Below are positions 17,192 to 22,276 of a stretch of DNA of 22,276 bases, piece after piece. This DNA is from Calditrichia bacterium (GTDB lineage Bacteria > Calditrichota > Calditrichia > RBG-13-44-9), in contig JARRQT010000059.1 in the NCBI GenBank assembly GCA_037381445.1, forward strand, positions 1 through 22,276. Direction: 5' to 3'. Position 1 is the first letter of the stretch. Each line of letters begins with the position of its first letter. A program made the position numbers and the translations under genes. Under the pieces are notes generated by a model. It was not told the DNA's origin. It made no database searches and saw nothing but the letters and a program-made list of their open reading frames with translations.

Positions 17192-18295
17192 ATGAAACCA
17201 AGTAATTATCTTCGTTCATTAGTTCTGCTCTTTTTGTTCATGGGGGTCCTTATTGTCCCGCCCTCCAGATCGACCCTGAACAGTCTCGCATCATTTTCAG
17301 GCAGCGGCCCGCGGCCGGCCGAGGTGCAGTCACAGAAACCCGCCCGGCAGAAGGGAGAAACAACAGCGGCGCTCCGGAAACTGGGACTCCAACTGGTTGC
17401 CGATGTTCCGCTGCCCGGCGGGATCGCCCGCTTCGATTATCAAACCATCGACCAGATTCACAGGAGGCTTTTCATCTCTCAAATGGGTGCAAATCTCATG
17501 ACTGTGTTCGATCTTGACGCAAACAAAATTGTGGGCACTGTAGGGGACATCCCGAGGCCTACCGGAATTCTGGCGGTCCCGGCGTTGAACAAGGTTTACG
17601 TATCGGCCAGCGCGGCAAATAAGGTTTATGTTGTGGATGAAAAGTCACTGAAAACCATAGCGATGGTGCCGACAGGGTCTTTCCCGGACGGCATTGCCTG
17701 GGATCCGGAACTGAAGCGAGTGTTTGTTTCATGCGAATTCGGCGAGGCCGTCACGGTATTCGATGCGCTGAATAACAATGTGATAACAAACATACAAGTG
17801 GACGGAGAAGTCGGGAATACCCATTTCGATCCCGTATCAAAGATGATCTTTTCCACGGTGCAGACCAACGGTGAACTCGTTGAGATCGATCCCGAGAAGC
17901 TGAGTATTGTTGCCCGCTATCCTCTGCAAGGATGCCAGGGCCCGCACGGATTTTATATCATCCCGAAGCCGCACTACGCGTTCATTACCGGGGAGGACAA
18001 CGCCAGCTATGTGGTCTTCGATATGGCATCGAAAAGCATCATCGCCCGCGGCAAAGTGGGGGCCGGGCCGGACGTTCTGGCCTACGACAGCGGGTATCAT
18101 CGGCTTTATGTCGCTTCGGAAAGCGGCGTCCTGTCTGTTTTCGACATTGAAGACAGGGCGGTAAAAGAGATTGGCAGTGCATTTTTAGCAGAGCATGCGC
18201 ACTCGGTCAGTGTGGACCGCAAGACGCACCGGGTTTTCCTGCCCCTCCGGAACAAAGGAGGAAGGGCGGTGCTGGAGATATTGAAACCGGATTGA
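17192..18295 (+). CDS. YncE/YVTN-type beta-propeller protein, probably exported
   Basis: Repeating blades (RFDY, RLFIS, PTGI, KVYVS, FPDGIAWD, RVFVS, GPHG, GPDVLAYD, RLYVAS, HAHSVSVD). Hydrophobic N-terminus after the ATG at 17192, which has GGGA/GGAG upstream. The track start at 17069 looks over-extended. Confidence 0.82.
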   Translation: MKPSNYLRSLVLLFLFMGVLIVPPSRSTLNSLASFSGSGPRPAEVQSQKPARQKGETTAALRKLGLQLVADVPLPGGIARFDYQTIDQIHRRLFISQMGANLMTVFDLDANKIVGTVGDIPRPTGILAVPALNKVYVSASAANKVYVVDEKSLKTIAMVPTGSFPDGIAWDPELKRVFVSCEFGEAVTVFDALNNNVITNIQVDGEVGNTHFDPVSKMIFSTVQTNGELVEIDPEKLSIVARYPLQGCQGPHGFYIIPKPHYAFITGEDNASYVVFDMASKSIIARGKVGAGPDVLAYDSGYHRLYVASESGVLSVFDIEDRAVKEIGSAFLAEHAHSVSVDRKTHRVFLPLRNKGGRAVLEILKPD

Positions 18296-18465
18296 GGAAC
18301 TTCAGATGTAGTCCGTCTTGCAGAGAGGGAAGAACCGTAGCGTCGGACGCCGTCCAGAATTACATCGCCCACGTCCTGCAAGGCGGCCATCCTGGCCCAT
18401 CTCTTTTGGGTTACGCTGAGGTTTCTTATGTTACGCTTTATTTTCATCCGTAAAAAACGGAATGA

Positions 18466-19224
18466 TCACTGGCGATCCTGTAATTTTTGCCAGGCATGCG
18501 TTTCCAGAAAACTGCCTTCCACAGCGGCTTCCATTTCCTGAAACAACCGGAATGGGACAGTAAACGTCAAAATCTCCCTGTCGACACTCGACCGTTGTGA
18601 AATATCAAAAAAGCCTATCACGGCTCCGGGATTTTCCTTCTTTGCTTCGGCATAGCCAAACAGTATCGATTGGCATGCCGCACCAAAAGGCGCCGTAACA
18701 CTCCGGTTCGTCCCACGGTTGTAATCCGCCATCACCAACAGGGCTGATAACTGATCCCCATTTACAAAAAAGACGATCAGCTCCGGTTCATCCTGTTCTG
18801 TGACCAGTTCCCAGGGTTTAAACACCACATACTCGGTGGGCACATCGGTCATAGGCAGCGAATCAACCCATTTTCTTGCCGCTTCAGGATTCTTATAAAA
18901 CCGTTCCCCCTCCGCCATGGAAGAGCCTCTGCGGCCAAATTGGGCCGCCATTTCCTTATCTCCGTTGGCAAGAAGGCAATCAATGCGAAAGCTTCCGTAT
19001 CTGTCGCCAAACCCCAGGCCGGTTCCCCCGCCGGGACAACCGAAAGATTTGCGATCGAAAAAAGCCATACGGCCTTTCTTGCTTACCGACACCAGCATGG
19101 AAGCCACACAGCCGAACCGATTTCCTTCTTTAAAGTGAAGTCCATCCTCCGGTTTATCATCCGTCAGTATGATTGCAACCGGCTGTATTTTTAATTTCAA
19201 AGCTTCGAGAAGTTTACTATTCAT
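18466..19224 (-). CDS. DUF169 family protein
   Basis: LKLKIQPVAI, GCV, GCPGGGTGLGF, PELIVFFVN.DQLSAL, AACQS, GFFDISQR, LTFTVP. RBS AGGTG. Confidence 0.85.
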   Translation of the reverse strand: MNSKLLEALKLKIQPVAIILTDDKPEDGLHFKEGNRFGCVASMLVSVSKKGRMAFFDRKSFGCPGGGTGLGFGDRYGSFRIDCLLANGDKEMAAQFGRRGSSMAEGERFYKNPEAARKWVDSLPMTDVPTEYVVFKPWELVTEQDEPELIVFFVNGDQLSALLVMADYNRGTNRSVTAPFGAACQSILFGYAEAKKENPGAVIGFFDISQRSSVDREILTFTVPFRLFQEMEAAVEGSFLETHAWQKLQDRQ

Positions 19225-19349
19225 ATGACAAGCACCTATGTATTCATGTAACTCAATTTAAAACTGTCGCTTAAAAAAACACGTAAAAAGAAAAAAAGTT
19301 CGCTTCAATTTATTTTCAATTTCTTAAATTAATAAAATCGTCCGTATCA

Positions 19350-19380
19350 AATGCAGCCTATTTTGCAGATGGGCTGCATT
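19350..19380. terminator. Strong hairpin AATGCAGCCTAT..ATGGGCTGCATT in the divergent intergenic region
   Basis: Stem of about 12 bp. On the minus strand it ends in a short T run about 125 bp upstream of the DUF169 start. Confidence 0.4.
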
Positions 19381-19737
19381 GTCGCGGCTCGTGGGTCGGT
19401 GCTAATTCTTCCCGAATTAGAGGGCTAACTGCCGCACCACCTCCTGTTTCCGGCGATTATATCTGTTAGGATCCGCTCACTTCCCTAATTGCCTGCTTCC
19501 GGCTGCCGCTGTCGGCTTCGGAAATTTGTATCATTAATCCCGCCTTTTGTATACGTCAATCTGACACAGCCTGAAGTATATTTATATCGAGAAAGATGAA
19601 GCTCGGGCAATTAAGACATTATTGCCGCCATGAAATTTGCAGCAAATTGCAGGTAAGTACCGGGGTGCTGAAGCGTAGACTGAATAAAAAGTATTGGATA
19701 GAGAAACGCTGTATCAATAAATAATCGGTAATAAAAA

Positions 19738-20202
19738 ATGATTGAAACAAAAACACAATTCATGGTGGTGCTGAGTTTTATTGCTTTTCTTATTCTTAAT
19801 TGCAATAATCAACAAATAATAGCAGGTAACACAATGGATAATTCAAAACAGTACAAAATTAAAATAATAATCGGGGATACCACACTCACTGCAACATTGT
19901 ATGATAATCCGACAACAAGAGACTTTATTCCTTTACTGCCATTAAGCTTAACATTAGAAGATTACGCGGGGACGGAAAAAATCAGTGACCTGCCCAAAAG
20001 ATTATCCACAGAGGATGCACCTTCAGGTTTTGATCCTTCGGTTGGAGATATAACCTATTATGCTCCCTGGGGAAATCTGGCAATATTTTATAAAGATTTC
20101 GGGTATGCAAACGGACTGATAAATCTTGGAAGAATAGATATGGGCATTGAAGAACTTAATAACGCAGGCTCATTAAAAGTAATAATAGAACTTGGCGAAT
20201 GA
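19738..20202 (+). CDS. Cyclophilin-like fold protein (Cyclophil_like2 type) with lipoprotein-like leader
   Basis: TATLYDNPTTRDF..LLPLSLTLEDYAGTEKI..LP..LST, GDITYYAPWGNLAIFY, GLINLG; hydrophobic leader ending LILNC. Confidence 0.85.
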   Translation: MIETKTQFMVVLSFIAFLILNCNNQQIIAGNTMDNSKQYKIKIIIGDTTLTATLYDNPTTRDFIPLLPLSLTLEDYAGTEKISDLPKRLSTEDAPSGFDPSVGDITYYAPWGNLAIFYKDFGYANGLINLGRIDMGIEELNNAGSLKVIIELGE

Positions 20203-20220
20203 GCGGGAAAGGAGAATCAG

Positions 20221-20712
20221 ATGAATAGAAAACATCTAATGCTTACTCTATCAATCATAGTTTTTATTGTAATTAATCAGAGTTGTCAGGAAGCTGCGGA
20301 CAAAAGCAGGTCAGCAGAAATCAATTCAATTTTCCCCAAAGGACAGCTTGCCCCTGCAAAATATTTTACCGGCCATGCCTGGGTTACAGGGCTGGTTGAC
20401 AATGACTCTGTTTTTACAACCGCAGTCGGAAGCGTTTTGTTTGAAGCCGGCGCAAGAAGTAACTGGCATTTGCATCCGTGCGGTCAAATCCTTTTGGTGA
20501 CCTCCGGTGTTGGTTATCACCAGATTAAGGGGCAGCCGATTGAGATCATAAGAAAGGGTGATGTCGTTAAATGCCCGCCGAATGTTTTGCACTGGCACGG
20601 GGCTTCAAAAGACAACAGCATGTCTCACATATATATTCTGCCAAATACCGAAAAAGGTATGGTGGAATGGAAAGCGCCTGTTACAGATAAAGAGTATTTA
20701 GATTTGAATTAA
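20221..20712 (+). CDS. Cupin domain protein with lipoprotein-like leader
   Basis: IFPKG, YFTG.AW, FEAGARSNWHLHPCGQ.L, GDVVKCPPNVLHWHGA, VEW..PVTD.EY. RBS AAGGAG; leader ending NQSC. Confidence 0.9.
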   Translation: MNRKHLMLTLSIIVFIVINQSCQEAADKSRSAEINSIFPKGQLAPAKYFTGHAWVTGLVDNDSVFTTAVGSVLFEAGARSNWHLHPCGQILLVTSGVGYHQIKGQPIEIIRKGDVVKCPPNVLHWHGASKDNSMSHIYILPNTEKGMVEWKAPVTDKEYLDLN

Positions 20713-20732
20713 GATATAAGAAGGTGAGAACA

Positions 20733-21113
20733 ATGAAAAAATGGTCTAAAAATGAATTAATAAAGCTGAGTGAGACTGATGATCTGCACATTTCACCCTT
20801 TCGTGAAGACGGGAAAACCTATGGTACGCCGACCTGGATCTGGTCTGTAGTAGTAGATGATGAACTTTTTGTGCGTGCATATAACGGACGGAATTCCAGT
20901 TGGTACAAGGCTGCCGTAAATCAGAAGGCGGGCCGGATAACTGCCGCCGGTATGACCAGGGAAGTTATCTTTGAGCAGGCAGATGCAGATGCCGGGCTTA
21001 ATGACTCAATAGATGATGCCTACAGGAAAAAATATAGTAGCAGTCCGTATCTTGACGCAATGATAAGCCATCGTGCCCGCTCTTCAACTGTTAAAGTGAT
21101 ACCGGAGAAATAG
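20733..21113 (+). CDS. DUF2255 family protein
   Basis: WS..EL....TDDLHISPFREDG.TYGTPTWIWSVVVD..LFVRAYNG..SSWY, IDDAYRKKY..SPYL..MI. The ATG at 20733 follows AAGGTGAG; the GTG at 20724 is an alternative start. Confidence 0.88.
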   Translation: MKKWSKNELIKLSETDDLHISPFREDGKTYGTPTWIWSVVVDDELFVRAYNGRNSSWYKAAVNQKAGRITAAGMTREVIFEQADADAGLNDSIDDAYRKKYSSSPYLDAMISHRARSSTVKVIPEK

Positions 21114-21162
21114 AAAATAGACTTAGCGAATATAAATAAAGGCAGGCGAGATTGTATAGTTG

Positions 21163-21272
21163 AAGATTCAAGCCATAAAGGCTATACAGATCACCGGACC
21201 CTGAAAAAAGCAATGAACAAACAAGCGCGTTTCAAGTATGTAATTGATATGGCAACATCTTGGAAATTGTAG
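21163..21272 (+). pseudogene. C-terminal remnant of an NAD(P)-dependent alcohol dehydrogenase (YahK/cinnamyl-ADH type)
   Basis: KIQAIKAIQITGP*(frameshift)KAMNKQARFKYVIDMATSWKL* resembles the ..I...QIN.AW.....K.ARYRYVID.AT tail of this family, which is common in such clusters. Confidence 0.5.
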
Positions 21273-21320
21273 AAAAATATATGCAGTTAATTAATAAAAT
21301 GAATAAGGGAGATATTAATC

Positions 21321-22178
21321 ATGATTTTAGAAGAAAAGTATACGCTGTCTAACGGGCTTGAGATTCCAAAACTGGGCCTGGGAACATGGTTTATAAGTGA
21401 TAAAGACGCCGGCAAGGCAGTGAAGGACGCTGTACAAATCGGTTACCGGCATATTGATACAGCGCAGGCATATCAGAACGAGAGCGGAGTTGGCGATGGA
21501 ATCAGGGCGTGCGGGGTGAAAAGAGAGAATTTGTTTGTGACCACTAAACTGGCTGCGGAAGTGAAGTCATATGAAGAGGCTGCTGCATCGATTGATAATT
21601 CGCTTAAAACATTGGGGCTCGATTATATTGATATGATGATTATTCACAGCCCGCAGCCATGGGCAGAATTCGGTGGAGATGATCGTTACTTCGAAGGAAA
21701 CCGTGAAGCATGGAGGGCGCTTGAAGAAGCATACAAAGCTGGAAAACTTCGTGCCATTGGCATTTCGAACTTTGAAAAAGCAGATATCGATAACATCCTC
21801 GAATCCTGCGCTGTAAAACCAATGGCGAATCAGATTTTGGCACACATAAGCAACACGCCCGAAGCGCTCATTCAATATTGTCAGGATAAAGGCATGCTGG
21901 TGGAGGCCTATTCACCAATCGGACACGGAGAATTATTGAAGAACCGGAAAGTGGCTGAAATGGCAGAAAAATATAATGTTTCGATACCCCAATTAGGCAT
22001 TCGTTACTGCCTGCAGCTTGAACTTGTCACAATAGCCAAGACCGCCAATCCGAAGCACATGAAAACCAATGCAGACGTGGACTTTGTAATCTCTGATGGG
22101 GACATGGAATTATTAAAAAATATGGAAAAAATGGATTACGGAGAAGCCAGCATGTTTCCTGTATATTCAGGAAAATGA
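21321..22178 (+). CDS. Aldo/keto reductase (2,5-diketo-D-gluconate reductase-like)
   Basis: LSNGLEIPKLGLGTW, GYRHIDTAQAYQNE (catalytic Asp/Tyr), TTKL (Lys), LGLDYID..IIHSP (His), AIGISNF, EAYSPIG. RBS AAGGGAG. Confidence 0.95.
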   Translation: MILEEKYTLSNGLEIPKLGLGTWFISDKDAGKAVKDAVQIGYRHIDTAQAYQNESGVGDGIRACGVKRENLFVTTKLAAEVKSYEEAAASIDNSLKTLGLDYIDMMIIHSPQPWAEFGGDDRYFEGNREAWRALEEAYKAGKLRAIGISNFEKADIDNILESCAVKPMANQILAHISNTPEALIQYCQDKGMLVEAYSPIGHGELLKNRKVAEMAEKYNVSIPQLGIRYCLQLELVTIAKTANPKHMKTNADVDFVISDGDMELLKNMEKMDYGEASMFPVYSGK

Positions 22179-22255
22179 GCCTGGAATGAATCAATTCCAT
22201 TACGCTGTTTAAGAATTATTTAAAAACAGGCAATTTGAACGAAAGGTAATTTATT

Positions 22256-22276
22256 ATGAACCGGATAGAACGAAGC
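22256..22276 (+). CDS. Start of the next gene (MNRIERS...), possibly carboxymuconolactone decarboxylase family
   Basis: GAAAGG RBS then ATG. Only 7 codons are visible, so the product is guessed from cluster context. Confidence 0.35.

Noticed and set aside
18106..18447. 113-aa minus-strand ORF after DUF169
   Set aside because: It overlaps the YncE 3' end antisense and has no recognisable domain.
19423..19472. Integron attC site (CTAAC...GTTAG)
   Set aside because: About 50 bp is shorter than typical attC sites, the R boxes are imperfect, there are no clear L boxes, and there is no integrase or cassette array.
19381..19490. Cobalamin riboswitch (AGGGAA, GGGAAG, GAGCC on the minus strand)
   Set aside because: The core GCCCCCGCnACUGU and GCCACUG elements are absent. 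Kept only as an unclassified structured region.
1..22276. CRISPR array, tRNA/rRNA, SusC/SusD pair, defence or phage genes
   Set aside because: No regularly spaced repeats, cloverleafs or matching protein motifs were seen.

Overview
Bacterial genomic window. Strong GGAGG/AGGAG ribosome-binding sites and a lipoprotein GalM suggest an FCB-group anaerobe outside classical Bacteroidia; this is inference only. Three zones are visible. (1) 1-15567 is a carbohydrate-utilisation locus: a + strand unit (partial GH31 YicI-like glycosidase, divergent xylose-isomerase-fold isomerase, URO-D/MtaA-fold protein) converges on a - strand operon (Na+:solute symporter, GH38, RbsD, secreted GH2 with a malectin module, MtaA/CmuA-like methyltransferase). 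A LacI-type operator precedes the symporter, and a lipoprotein GalM is transcribed divergently. (2) About 15700-17050 holds decayed insertion sequences: an IS982 transposase remnant and an internally deleted IS3 element. (3) 17192-22276 holds accessory genes: a YncE-like beta-propeller, DUF169, and a cyclophilin-like/cupin/DUF2255/ADH-remnant/aldo-keto reductase cluster. The most notable observations are two URO-D/MtaA-fold genes embedded in a sugar pathway (candidate anaerobic O-methyl-sugar demethylation), an apparently circularly permuted malectin domain inserted in the GH2, and an isomerase with non-XylA active-site residues. All family calls come from motif recognition by eye, not database searches.
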